DNA of 53,137 nt from Candidatus Saccharimonadia bacterium. Its GTDB lineage: Bacteria; Patescibacteriota; Saccharimonadia; Saccharimonadales; Saccharimonadaceae. The stretch's first letter is position 1; the number at the start of each line of letters is the position of its first letter. The notes beneath the pieces are model-generated. The model searched no databases, was not told where the DNA came from, and saw only the letters and a list, made by a program, of their open reading frames with translations. The stretch lies in the NCBI GenBank assembly GCA_023262335.1, contig JALRBE010000001.1, positions 1 through 53,137 of the forward strand, given 5' to 3'. Shown here one piece after another: positions 1 to 9,244 of the stretch. A program made the translations under genes and the position numbers.

Positions 1-2
1 CA

Positions 3-575
3 GTACGTCGCTTCTTTCAGGACGTTCAGGCGGACGTAGCCGACGCTCTCCTGGATCTCAATGAGCATGTCGAGCTTGCAGAGTTCGAGAGCCGCCTCGA
101 TGACCTGCCGTTCGTAGACCGCCGTCGGCGAACCGGCAAGCCGGTATTTATCGACGACGTGATGTACTCTGGCCAGGGAATCGACGAGTCCGGGATTGCC
201 GTCGGCGAACCACTGCCGTTCCTCGTCGGCGAGCCGTTCGAGATCGCTGGCGATGCGGACGATCATGCCGGCGACGTGCAGGCAATGGTCCGAAAAGCCG
301 ATTTTCTTCGCTCTTGCCGACCGCGCTTCGTGGCGGTACGCGGCCTTGGCACGCTCCTTCTTGCTGGTCGCGGGTGCCGGGTGATCGAGGCTGACGCGGC
401 GCGTCTTTCGCAACCGGTTGTCCTTTATTCTTTTCTCTCTAATTTCCTCTCGTCGGCTCTGCCGTGTTTGCGGCTGCAGCGTATCCAGAAGTTCATCAGG
501 ATCAATCAGCAGTGTCAACATCGCGCATGCCTTCCTGGTAATGAACTGCTTCACTCTAGCGGTCCTGCTAGCCAT
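3..575 (-). CDS. hypothetical protein, N-terminal part only (gene runs off the left edge)
   Basis: The reverse frame has no stop from nt 680 down to nt 3. The ATG at 575 lies 6 nt downstream of a TACTAT -10 box (582-587); an alternative ATG is at 614. The protein starts MASRTARVKQFITRK. It is absent from the supplied track because no stop lies in the window. No family recognised. Confidence 0.45.
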   Translation of the reverse strand, partial: MASRTARVKQFITRKACAMLTLLIDPDELLDTLQPQTRQSRREEIREKRIKDNRLRKTRRVSLDHPAPATSKKERAKAAYRHEARSARAKKIGFSDHCLHVAGMIVRIASDLERLADEERQWFADGNPGLVDSLARVHHVVDKYRLAGSPTAVYERQVIEAALELCKLDMLIEIQESVGYVRLNVLKEATY

Positions 576-647
576 ACTGTCATAGTATGGATGAGGCTGT
601 CTATGATATACCATGACGCAAGCGAAATCGCAAGCATAAGGAAATAT

Positions 648-676
648 TTGACATAAGTATTTTTTATTGTTATAAT
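648..676 (+). promoter_or_regulatory. consensus sigma70-type promoter TTGACA-17 nt-TATAAT
   Basis: TTGACA at 648-653, an exact 17-nt spacer, and TATAAT at 671-676. The ATG of a small ORF follows 6 nt later at 683. Confidence 0.6.
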
Positions 677-682
677 GCAATT

Positions 683-772
683 ATGAATACATTCATGTCA
701 CACATTCAGAACGACAAGTACGCCATTATGACTGGCGGCGTTGCTCGCTATGTGGCATGTCTGGAATCGTAA
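683..772 (+). CDS. 29-codon leaderless small ORF (candidate leader peptide or small protein) MNTFMSHIQNDKYAIMTGGVARYVACLES
   Basis: The ATG lies 7 nt after the -10 box, matching the leaderless geometry of other genes here. An intrinsic terminator follows 28 nt after its TAA. Too short for the ORF track, and no homology recognised. Confidence 0.35.
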   Translation: MNTFMSHIQNDKYAIMTGGVARYVACLES

Positions 773-799
773 ACCAACATATTTATGAAACGAGATATG

Positions 800-821
800 C
801 CTCCGACTCCGGAGGTTTTTT
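800..821 (+). terminator. rho-independent terminator or attenuator
   Basis: Stem CCTCCG (800-805), loop ACTC, stem CGGAGG (810-815), then TTTTTT (816-821). The 5' arm can alternatively pair over 9 bp with AGTCGGAGG at 831-839. Confidence 0.6.
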
Positions 822-898
822 GATCCCAGAAGTCGGAGGTGCATCCGGTTTCAAAAATGAAACCGTAACCGCCGCGCACGCGGCAGAAGGGGAAGACC

Positions 899-1567
899 AT
901 GGCATTCGGATCGATCATGCGTTTTAACGCGGGAGAGTTGTCTATCGAGATGGCGCCGCTCAGTCGCGACGTCATGGGCGAATTCATTCGTCCGGGCATG
1001 CAATCGTGGACCGTCACGAAGTATTTGGTAACTCAGGCAAAGGTGCTTGAAGACGAATACGAATGGTACGACAAGACCCGAACCGACGACACGTCGCTCG
1101 TATGGGGGATATGGATCATCGGCGCGGACGATGCGCGCGAGCTGATCGGTACGTCGAGCCTGCACCATATCGAACGCGGCCTGTTCTTTAGCGCCGGAAG
1201 CGGCTCGCTCATATTCAACGCTGAATATTGGGGCAAAGGAATCGCGTCGGCGGCGCATAAGGCACGCACATGGTACGCATTCCACGTGCTGGGAATCGAC
1301 CGCATTTGGTCGGAAGTACTGCAGGGCAACGAAGGCAGCCGTAGGGCTCTAGAAAAATCCGGCTACTACGTGACCCACGTGAAGCGCAACGACAAGTTCG
1401 TTGACGGCACGCTCAAGCACGCCGACCAGCTGGAGTGTGTCAACCCGGACCCGGCGCCGTGGAAGCGCTGGTGGGGGGATGACCGTCCGACCAAAGCGGC
1501 CCGCGAAGCCCGCGTCCGCGCGCATGCTGCCATGGAGTGGGCAGCGCAAAACGTCGTATGTCCCTGA
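899..1567 (+). CDS. GNAT family N-acetyltransferase (RimJ/RimL-like)
   Basis: 222 aa. Acetyl-CoA binding motif EYWGKGIASAAHKA and a C-terminal GNEGSRRALEKSGY typical of RimJ/RimL-type GNATs. An AAGGGG Shine-Dalgarno-like sequence lies upstream. Confidence 0.85.
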   Translation: MAFGSIMRFNAGELSIEMAPLSRDVMGEFIRPGMQSWTVTKYLVTQAKVLEDEYEWYDKTRTDDTSLVWGIWIIGADDARELIGTSSLHHIERGLFFSAGSGSLIFNAEYWGKGIASAAHKARTWYAFHVLGIDRIWSEVLQGNEGSRRALEKSGYYVTHVKRNDKFVDGTLKHADQLECVNPDPAPWKRWWGDDRPTKAAREARVRAHAAMEWAAQNVVCP

Positions 1568-1574
1568 CTCCGGA

Positions 1575-2474
1575 TTACCCGCCGATCGTATCGGCGGGAT
1601 TTTCTTGTTCGAACAAATTGGCAATACGCGCGGTCAGCTCCCGTTTGTCGGCAAGTACGGCAGGGAAGCGGCCTGCGTAGGGGAGCGTGCGCGCCGTGTT
1701 ATGGTCGGCTTGGCTGCGGAACTCGCTGGCCGAGCGCATGCCGTGATGGTGTTTCAAGGCATAGCCGTCGTTCCGAAAATGCGTGTAGCCTGGGTCGTTC
1801 TTGTCCAACGCCTTCACGAACGCGGCTTCATCGTCGGCAAGCGATTCGTACGCCTCAACCGTGGCGACGAGCTCGGGCCAGCGGTGCCCGTACTGGAGTT
1901 CCAAGAGCCGGTGGGCGTTTTCTTCCTGCTGCTTCTTCCGGTTGAGGCCTTCGGGCGTGATCGCGAACGTCGGCACGTCGCCGGTGTACGCTTCGAGCAA
2001 ATCGTGGAGTGGACCGTAGAGCGCTACTTTGCCGACGTCGAGATCCGGGTAATGAGCCCGTGCGTACGGCACGGCGAGGGCGGTCAGATGCAGCGCATGG
2101 ATGGAATCGGGTTCGCGGCTACGGTCGGCAAGGCATGTCATGCGCAGGATGCCGCCGTAATTGTTGGCAAGCCGTCCGATATCCTGCGGGACATCCGTTT
2201 CTGCAGGCGACGCAACCGTCTTGGTGCGATACGATTCGTACGCTCCGAAGTCGACGCTATTCAGTTCGTACGACAGCCGCTCGTCGAAACGCGATCCCGC
2301 GGCGCTTTGCGACTCGCCCTGACGGAGCGCGACCGCGATGCTCGCGATGCCGAGCCGCAATATGCGCCTGGCTCGTATTTCGCGATATTCCTTTTGCTCC
2401 AAGATGGGGTAAATCTGGTCGCTGGCGCGCATGAGCTCGGCGACGCGTTCGCTGCTAGTATTCAGTGTCGTCAT
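1575..2474 (-). CDS. HD-domain phosphohydrolase (YfbR-like 5'-nucleotidase type)
   Basis: H...HD...D pattern (HALHLTA..., GPLHDLLEAYTGDVPT). Start placed at the third in-frame ATG (MTTLNTS), which has an AGGAG Shine-Dalgarno 9 nt upstream. The track ORF extends to 2510. Confidence 0.75.
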   Translation of the reverse strand: MTTLNTSSERVAELMRASDQIYPILEQKEYREIRARRILRLGIASIAVALRQGESQSAAGSRFDERLSYELNSVDFGAYESYRTKTVASPAETDVPQDIGRLANNYGGILRMTCLADRSREPDSIHALHLTALAVPYARAHYPDLDVGKVALYGPLHDLLEAYTGDVPTFAITPEGLNRKKQQEENAHRLLELQYGHRWPELVATVEAYESLADDEAAFVKALDKNDPGYTHFRNDGYALKHHHGMRSASEFRSQADHNTARTLPYAGRFPAVLADKRELTARIANLFEQENPADTIGG

Positions 2475-3162
2475 AGGTGTATTCTCCTGCATAATACGAA
2501 ACGCCGTCATCGATAAGACGCACGAATTTGCGGGCGCTTTCGAACGTCTTTTCTTTCGCGACGAATTCTTCTTGGGTGAGCCATTCGTTATGGCCTCCCT
2601 CGAAATCGACGGTCAGCTCGCCGGTCGCGTTCTTCGTCCGCATGATCACGAAGACCTTGTCTTCCAAAAGCTCGCCCGATTCCTTTTTGAAGTCGCGTTT
2701 ATGGAAGAGCATCGCGTACTCGAACGTGGCCGTCATGCCCGTTTCCTCAAGCAACTCGCGTTCGGCTGCTTCCTCAAAGCTTTCGCCCCAGCGCACTTTG
2801 CCGCCGAGTCGTCCCCAAAAACCGTAGTAGGGTTGCTTGAGCCGTTGCTGGCAGAGGAACTCGCGGCGTTCGCCGTTTTGGCGCTCCACGATCAATACTA
2901 CCGAAACTTTCGGTTGGCGTTCGATTTCGTTCTCGTCGGTATCGAGCCGATTGGCGTATTCTTTGCCGGCCGGCGCCAAAGCGTACTGATCGCCATTCTT
3001 CGTGACGTAGCCGCGCTCGACGAGCTTTTTGATATGGAAGTTGAAATGGTCGCTGGTCAGGTTCGTGCCTTTTTGCAACTGCGCGAACCCTGCGCTTGGC
3101 GAAAAAAGCAAATGGCGCAGAATGGCAATTTGGGTTTCATGGATCGTCGCTTCGTAACTCAT
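2455..3162 (-). CDS. NUDIX hydrolase with N-terminal winged-helix DNA-binding domain
   Basis: Nudix box GGKVRWGESFEEAAERELLEETG. The N-terminus (IAILRHLLFSP...HIKKLVERGYV) looks like a MarR/ArsR-type wHTH. An AAGGAG Shine-Dalgarno lies upstream. Confidence 0.85.
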   Translation of the reverse strand: MSYEATIHETQIAILRHLLFSPSAGFAQLQKGTNLTSDHFNFHIKKLVERGYVTKNGDQYALAPAGKEYANRLDTDENEIERQPKVSVVLIVERQNGERREFLCQQRLKQPYYGFWGRLGGKVRWGESFEEAAERELLEETGMTATFEYAMLFHKRDFKKESGELLEDKVFVIMRTKNATGELTVDFEGGHNEWLTQEEFVAKEKTFESARKFVRLIDDGVSYYAGEYTYDDTEY

Positions 3163-3227
3163 CGTGTCTCCTTATGCTACGAACCAAGCGTAGCCGATGC
3201 AACCATAGGCATCTAGTAAAGTCGACT

Positions 3228-5003
3228 TTACTCCTCGATGAATCCGCCTGATTGATGTCCCCAAAGTTTGGCGTAAGTGCCTTTGCGTTTCAGGAGTTCC
3301 TCGTGTGTGCCTTCTTCGATGATGGCGCCTTTGTTCATGACGACGATCCGGTCCAGTTTGGCGATAGTACTAAGGCGATGCGCGATGACGATCGAGGTGC
3401 GGTCCTTCATAAGCGTTTCGAGCGACTGTTGGATCAGCTTTTCCGACTCGCTGTCGAGCGCGCTGGTGGCTTCGTCGAGTACTAGAATTGGCGCGTCCTT
3501 CAAAATGGCACGGGCGATAGCAACGCGCTGCCGTTGGCCGCCGCTCAGTTTCACGCCGCGTTCGCCAACGAGCGTTTCGAGTCCGTCAGGAAGATCTTCG
3601 ATGAAGTCGAGCGCGTTCGCAGAGCGCGCCGCGGCTTTGATTTGCGCATAGGTGGCGTCGGGGTTACCGTAACTGATGTTTTCGGCAAGTGTCCTATGAA
3701 ACAGAAGCGGTTCCTGCGGCACATACGACACGGCGTGATGCAGTGATTCCTGCGACACGTCGGCTATTGACGTCCCGTCGATCGTGATGCGCCCTGAGTC
3801 GACGTCGGTGAACCGCATGAGCAGTTTGGTCAGCGTGGTTTTGCCCGAACCGCTCACGCCTACAATACCGACGCGTTCGTGCGGTTTTATCGTGAGCGTG
3901 AAGTCGTCGAACAATATTTCGCTGGCGGCGTCATGGCGGAACCCGACGTTCGAAAACGCGATCGCGCCGCTCGTGACCTTTAATTTGTCGGTACTTGTGT
4001 CAGACACGCCGATATCCTGCTTGAGTATTTCCATGATTTCTTCCGAGTCGCCAATGATCGTGTAGTAATCGCGGAACAAGCTATGGATGTTCCATATTTC
4101 CTGGATGAGGTTGAACGTGTACGTGAGGCACAGGTATACGATCGCCGCGTCCGCGATGCCCACCTGGACCGCCCAAATGGCAGCGACGAGCGCGAACACG
4201 CGCATGGTCGCGATGATGACCGAGTATACCGACGACACGCCGATGAAGGCGTTCCGTGCCTTCGACTCGTTATGAAGCATGGTGTCGACTGATTTTTTGA
4301 AGCGCTTTTGCTCGAACGTTTCGCGGCCGTCCGTTTTGACCGCGAGGATGTTCGAAAGCGAGTCAGAGAGTTGTGCCGATATCTTCGTATAGGATTCCGA
4401 ACGCGCTTTGAAGTGCTTGCGCATGAACCGCGTGCCGTAGTACGAAGCGGCCGCGAAGAGCACGACAAGAACGGCGAGCAACAGGGCGAATTGCCATAAA
4501 ATGAAGGCGAGACCGACGATACTGGCAACGAGCGACGTGACGATGAACAGCGCTTGGAATACGGCCGTATGCCAAAAGGCCATGAACGCCGAAGAAAACT
4601 TGTTGACTTTGGAAACGAGCGAACCGGCGAAGTTATCCGCGTAGAAACCGAGCGAATGCAGCGTCAGTTTTTCGTAGGTGTATTGATAGAGGCTATGCGC
4701 GCCCGTTACCTGCACCGTCCACATGGCATACAGGTTGAGGCGGTAGCCGATGATTTGCGTGTAGAACTGAATGCCTGCGTACATGGCGATCAATGGCAGT
4801 GACGATTCGAGGGTCACGGTACCTGACTGGATATTGGCGAGCACGGCGGCGATGGCAAGCGGCGCGACGTACCGTTCAAGAACGACAGTCGATGGCACGA
4901 GGAACAGGTTCGCGTACGCGAGTTTTTGCGCGAACGCCGTTTTCGCGAAGAACGACAGGATTTCCTTTGGCGATGCGACAGGCTTGTCTTTTTTCATGGT
5001 CAT
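3228..5003 (-). CDS. ABC exporter, fused permease/ATPase (type I exporter half-transporter)
   Basis: Six-TM N-terminal domain, Walker A GVSGSGKTT, signature LSGGQRQR, Walker B ILVLDEATS. The start MTMKKDK overlaps the stop of the upstream paralogue (ATGA). The track ORF extends to 5036. Confidence 0.9.
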   Translation of the reverse strand: MTMKKDKPVASPKEILSFFAKTAFAQKLAYANLFLVPSTVVLERYVAPLAIAAVLANIQSGTVTLESSLPLIAMYAGIQFYTQIIGYRLNLYAMWTVQVTGAHSLYQYTYEKLTLHSLGFYADNFAGSLVSKVNKFSSAFMAFWHTAVFQALFIVTSLVASIVGLAFILWQFALLLAVLVVLFAAASYYGTRFMRKHFKARSESYTKISAQLSDSLSNILAVKTDGRETFEQKRFKKSVDTMLHNESKARNAFIGVSSVYSVIIATMRVFALVAAIWAVQVGIADAAIVYLCLTYTFNLIQEIWNIHSLFRDYYTIIGDSEEIMEILKQDIGVSDTSTDKLKVTSGAIAFSNVGFRHDAASEILFDDFTLTIKPHERVGIVGVSGSGKTTLTKLLMRFTDVDSGRITIDGTSIADVSQESLHHAVSYVPQEPLLFHRTLAENISYGNPDATYAQIKAAARSANALDFIEDLPDGLETLVGERGVKLSGGQRQRVAIARAILKDAPILVLDEATSALDSESEKLIQQSLETLMKDRTSIVIAHRLSTIAKLDRIVVMNKGAIIEEGTHEELLKRKGTYAKLWGHQSGGFIEE

Positions 5004-6772
5004 TCCTCTATGAACCCGCCTGACTGATGGCTCCACAGCCTGGCATACGTGCCGTTTCGCGCAAGCAGCTCGGCGTGCGAGCCGTCTTCGATGATTTTGC
5101 CGTTATCGAGCACGACTATGCGGTCCAATTTGGCGATGGTGCTGAGACGATGCGCGATAACGATGGACGTTCGGTTTTTCATGAGCGTGCCGAGCGACTG
5201 CTGGATGAGCTTTTCGCTTTCGCTGTCGAGCGCGCTGGTGGCTTCGTCGAGCACGAGCACGGGCGCTTCTTTCAAAATCGCCCGGGCGATCGCTACTCGC
5301 TGCCGTTGGCCGCCGCTCAGCTTGATGCCGCGTTCGCCGACGAGCGTCGCGAATCCGTCCGGCAGTTTGTCGATGAATTCCAGCGCATGGGCTTTTTTGG
5401 CCGCCTCGCGAACTTCCTCGTCGCTCGCGTCCGGTTTGCCGTAGGCTATGTTGTCGCGGAGTGACCTATGGAACAGCAGCGGTTCTTGTGGCACGAACGC
5501 GATCGATTGGTGAAGGCTTTGCTGCGTGACGGTGCTGATGTCGCTTCCGTCAACGAACACGCCGCCCGCGTCGACGTCCATGAAGCGCAGAAGCAAGTTG
5601 ACGACGGTCGATTTGCCGGCGCCAGAATGACCAACCAGCCCGACTTTTTGGCCCGGTTTGATAGTCAGGTCAAACCCGTCGAACAACGCGTCGCGGTTGT
5701 CGGCGTGCGAGAAGCCGACCGCTCGGAACTCTATGGTGCCGTCCGCGACGGACAAATTCTTCGCGCCTGGCGCGTCGATCACCTTTGCTGGTTCCATCAG
5801 GTACTCCACGAACTGTGACGCCTCGGTAACGGATTCTTCGAGCCGTCGGTAGACGCTGTTGAACGACCAAAGGAAGCGCGTGATCGTGGCGTAATAATTG
5901 AAGCCGATGAACAGCGCCGCTTTGGACGCCGCGTCGATGCTGAGGCTGAGGATGATTACCAGGCCGATGACGTTCGTGGCGACATATATAGGTGATATCT
6001 TCATGTCGATTTTCAGCGTTTGATAGTCCCAGCTGCGTTTGGCTTTGTTGACGTAATCGTCCACGTACGCTGCATGAGCGCCGCGTTCCGAGGTTTCCGA
6101 CCCGAACGCTTTGATGGCGGCGATGTTCGTAACGACGTCCGACACGTGGCCGGCCATTGCCGCATGGGCCTCCTCGCGGCTTTGGATAAGCCCAAGCCGA
6201 TGGCGGATAAGCGGCACGATGATAAACCCAGTGATTACCAGCGCGCCGATAAGCGCGAGCGACAGCCACGGCGAAATGAACGCGAGCACGACCGCGGCGA
6301 AGATGACCGGTATGACGTTCGACACGACTTCGAAGGTGATCGTGTCGAGGAACATGACGAACCTATGGGCATACGAAAGCAGGTTCTTCGTGATGGTGCC
6401 GGTGAATCGGTTCGCGAAGAATGCCAGCTCCTTTTCCACGAGCGAATCGAGCGCGCTTTTGTACAAATGGCGGATAGTTTTCGCTTCGAACGCCGCGAGC
6501 AAATGGAACGCAAGTCGCCAGAGCATTTCGCCGGCGAGCCACGCGAATCCGAAGGCCGCGACGAGCGGCCAGGCGGAGGCAAGGGTGACCGGACCCGTCT
6601 GACTAATGAGCGCCGCGATGGCCAGTGGCGGCACGTAAAAAACGAGCAGGCTGCCGATGCTCACGGCAAGACCGACGGGCAACGTGTACCGCCAACCGCG
6701 TATGATAATGGAATTGTATGTCCGTAGCGTTTTTTTGACAGCGGCTGCGCTTGTCTTTTTGTGGCTTTTCAT
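5000..6772 (-). CDS. ABC exporter, fused permease/ATPase (probable heterodimer partner)
   Basis: Walker A GHSGAGKST, LSGGQRQR, VLVLDEATS. Both paralogues end in the same octapeptide QSGGFIEE. Start at MKSHKK, preceded by AAGGAG; the track ORF extends to 6808. Confidence 0.9.
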   Translation of the reverse strand: MKSHKKTSAAAVKKTLRTYNSIIIRGWRYTLPVGLAVSIGSLLVFYVPPLAIAALISQTGPVTLASAWPLVAAFGFAWLAGEMLWRLAFHLLAAFEAKTIRHLYKSALDSLVEKELAFFANRFTGTITKNLLSYAHRFVMFLDTITFEVVSNVIPVIFAAVVLAFISPWLSLALIGALVITGFIIVPLIRHRLGLIQSREEAHAAMAGHVSDVVTNIAAIKAFGSETSERGAHAAYVDDYVNKAKRSWDYQTLKIDMKISPIYVATNVIGLVIILSLSIDAASKAALFIGFNYYATITRFLWSFNSVYRRLEESVTEASQFVEYLMEPAKVIDAPGAKNLSVADGTIEFRAVGFSHADNRDALFDGFDLTIKPGQKVGLVGHSGAGKSTVVNLLLRFMDVDAGGVFVDGSDISTVTQQSLHQSIAFVPQEPLLFHRSLRDNIAYGKPDASDEEVREAAKKAHALEFIDKLPDGFATLVGERGIKLSGGQRQRVAIARAILKEAPVLVLDEATSALDSESEKLIQQSLGTLMKNRTSIVIAHRLSTIAKLDRIVVLDNGKIIEDGSHAELLARNGTYARLWSHQSGGFIEE

Positions 6773-6879
6773 GATTCTCCTTGTGAACGGTACGAGGTTT
6801 ATTTGCAAAGTGGTCGCTATTGGTTTGGTCGTCCAAACGTTGTGCGTACAGAGGATCCAAGCGGGATCATAGTGCGTTA

Positions 6880-6908
6880 ATTATGACATGCCTTTAAGCT
6901 GAGTGCAA
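6880..6908 (-). promoter_or_regulatory. candidate promoter of the ABC exporter operon, TTGCAC-17 nt-CATAAT
   Basis: On the minus strand the -35 TTGCAC is at 6903-6908, followed by a 17-nt spacer and the -10 CATAAT at 6880-6885. This leaves a ~100-nt 5' UTR before the start at 6772. Confidence 0.45.
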
Positions 6909-6950
6909 GCAGTTTGTGTAATCCGTTGTTTCTTGGGGTAAAATGGTGGA

Positions 6951-8246
6951 GTGAAGCATTTCTACCAAGTCCTTCTAAATACCTTGATCGCGAACGTGAC
7001 GACGAGTTACTTATGGTTCGCGCTGACGTTTTGGATATATCTTGAAACCCGTTCGGTACTGGCGACGGCAATCATCGGTGGTGCGTACATGCTGTTCGTG
7101 GCGCTCTTCAGTATCGTCTTTGGAACCATCGTCGATCATAACCGCAAAAAGACAGTCATGGTCGGATCGAGCATCTTCACGTTCGTCGCGTTCTTGCTCG
7201 CGGGCGTCATGTATCTGGCGTTTCCAAAAAGCGAACTGATCGATTGGCAGTCGTGGATGTTCTGGCTGTTCAGCGGCACCATACTGATCGGCGGCGTCGT
7301 CGAGAACATGCGGAACATCGCGCTTTCGACGATGGTCACCTTGCTTGTTCCTAAGGAAGGTCGCGACAAAGCGAACGGGCTCGTGGGTACCGTGCAGGGC
7401 GTCGCGTTCATGGTGACGAGCGTGTTTAGCGGTTTGTCCATAGGACTGCTTGGCATGGGGTGGACCCTGGCGATCGCCATCGCGTTCACTGGTATCGCTT
7501 TGGCGCACCTGCTGTTCGTCAAGATTCCCGAAAAGCGTATCGCTCATGACCCGGAACTGGAGGGCAAGAAGGTCGATATCAAAGGCAGCATAGCTGCGAT
7601 CAAGGCGGTGCCGGGCTTGCTTTGGCTGATCCTGTTCACGACGTTCAATAATCTGGTCGGCGGCGTGTTCATGGCGCTCATGGATCCGTACGGCCTGACG
7701 CTGTTCTCGGTTGAATGGTGGGGGGTCGTGCTCGGTATCACGAGTACCGGCTTCATCATTGGCGGCTTGGTCGTCGCGAAATTCGGGCTTGGCAAGAACC
7801 CCGTACGCACGATGCTTCTCGTGAACATCGGCGTGGCGCTGCTCGGCATGACGTTCACGATCCGCGAGTTTTGGTGGCTGTATGCCATCGGCATCTGGAT
7901 ATTCATGGCTATAATGCCGATCGCCGAGGCGGCCGAACAGACGATCATCCAGCGTGTCGTACCGCTCAAGCGCCAAGGCCGCGTGTTCGGGTTGGCGCAA
8001 GCGGTCGAATCCGCGTCGACGCCGGTCAGCGCGTTTCTTATCGGCCCCATCGCGGAATTCATCATTCTGCCGTACATGAAGACTAAAGAAGGTATTGATA
8101 CGTTCGGATGGCTGCTCGGGCCTGGCGAAGCCAGAGGCATCGCGCTGGTCTTCCTGCTTGCCAGCCTCGTGATGCTGATCATCGTGCTGCTCGCGTTCAT
8201 GTCACGGGCGTACCGAAACCTTTCCGAATACTACGCAAAAACTTGA
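6951..8246 (+). CDS. MFS transporter (MFS_3 / drug-efflux-like)
   Basis: 431 aa with about 12 predicted TM helices and an N-terminus typical of the MFS_3 enterobactin/macrolide-exporter-like group. GTG start 6 nt after TAAAAT (6939-6944). Confidence 0.85.
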   Translation: MKHFYQVLLNTLIANVTTSYLWFALTFWIYLETRSVLATAIIGGAYMLFVALFSIVFGTIVDHNRKKTVMVGSSIFTFVAFLLAGVMYLAFPKSELIDWQSWMFWLFSGTILIGGVVENMRNIALSTMVTLLVPKEGRDKANGLVGTVQGVAFMVTSVFSGLSIGLLGMGWTLAIAIAFTGIALAHLLFVKIPEKRIAHDPELEGKKVDIKGSIAAIKAVPGLLWLILFTTFNNLVGGVFMALMDPYGLTLFSVEWWGVVLGITSTGFIIGGLVVAKFGLGKNPVRTMLLVNIGVALLGMTFTIREFWWLYAIGIWIFMAIMPIAEAAEQTIIQRVVPLKRQGRVFGLAQAVESASTPVSAFLIGPIAEFIILPYMKTKEGIDTFGWLLGPGEARGIALVFLLASLVMLIIVLLAFMSRAYRNLSEYYAKT

Positions 8247-8344
8247 TCAGCGCCTCCTTTTCGCGCACACAGTGGAGCGGGAATCGAAGCCGCGCGAACC
8301 GCTCATGCCTGCATGATAGTACGAAAAATGGTACAATAACAGGG

Positions 8345-9244
8345 ATGCAAAAGATTCTTCTTTATTACAAATTCACTCCGATAAAAGACCCTCAGACAGT
8401 CACGCTGTGGCAAAAAACGCTTGCGGACGGGCTTGATTTGCGTGGCCGTATCCTCGTGAGCGATCATGGCCTGAACGGTACCGTCGGCGGCGATATCAAC
8501 GATTTGAAAAAATACGTCAAAGAAACAAAAAAGTTTCCCGGTTTCAAAGACATCGTCTTCAAATGGTCCGATGGCGGTCGTGATGACTTTCCGCGCATGA
8601 GCGTGAAGCACCGACGGGAGTTGGTGGGTTTCAAGAACAGCGACGACGAATTTGCCGTTGACGAGAACGGCGTGGTCGGCGGCGGCGTCCATTTGAAACC
8701 GAAGCAGGTGCACGAACTGGTAGAAAAGTACGGCGACGACGTCGTGTTCTTTGACGGTCGTAACGCCCACGAGGCGTCGATCGGCAAATTCAAGAACGCG
8801 TACGTGCCGAATACAGACACGTCGAGGGACTTCATCGCCGAACTCGAGAGTGACAAATACGACGACATCAAAAACAAAAAAGTCGTAACCTACTGCACGG
8901 GCGGCATCCGCTGCGAAGTGATCAGCGCCATGATGAAAAAGCGCGGGTTTACCGACGTGTACCAAATCGATGGCGGAATCGTGAAGTATGGCGAAGCATA
9001 CGGAGACGACGGCCTTTGGGAAGGTGCGCTGCGCGTGTTCGACGACCGGATGACAGTGAACTTCAGCGATCACGCCAAGACGATCGGCGAGTGCACGCAC
9101 TGCACCGGCAAAACGAGCAACTTCGAAAATTGTGCCAACCCGAACTGCAACAGCCTGGTGCTTATTTGCGAAACATGCAAAACGAATCCCGACCTGCTGT
9201 ACCATACCGAGGAATGCAAGCAAAAAATGGAGGTACGAGTATGA
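8345..9244 (+). CDS. trhO: rhodanese-domain tRNA uridine(34) hydroxylase (YceA/UPF0176 family)
   Basis: MQKILLYYKF N-terminus, rhodanese active-site loop YCTGGIRCE and a C-terminal Cys-rich tail. The ATG at 8345 is 7 nt after TGgTACAAT (8332-8337). The track ORF upstream extension is unsupported. Confidence 0.85.
   Translation: MQKILLYYKFTPIKDPQTVTLWQKTLADGLDLRGRILVSDHGLNGTVGGDINDLKKYVKETKKFPGFKDIVFKWSDGGRDDFPRMSVKHRRELVGFKNSDDEFAVDENGVVGGGVHLKPKQVHELVEKYGDDVVFFDGRNAHEASIGKFKNAYVPNTDTSRDFIAELESDKYDDIKNKKVVTYCTGGIRCEVISAMMKKRGFTDVYQIDGGIVKYGEAYGDDGLWEGALRVFDDRMTVNFSDHAKTIGECTHCTGKTSNFENCANPNCNSLVLICETCKTNPDLLYHTEECKQKMEVRV

Noticed and set aside
159-656. A 165-aa + strand ORF at the left edge.
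   Set aside because: It has no promoter or Shine-Dalgarno sequence and a low-complexity product. It overlaps the minus-strand open frame that starts at 575 with a correctly spaced -10 box and runs off the window, so I prefer the minus-strand gene.
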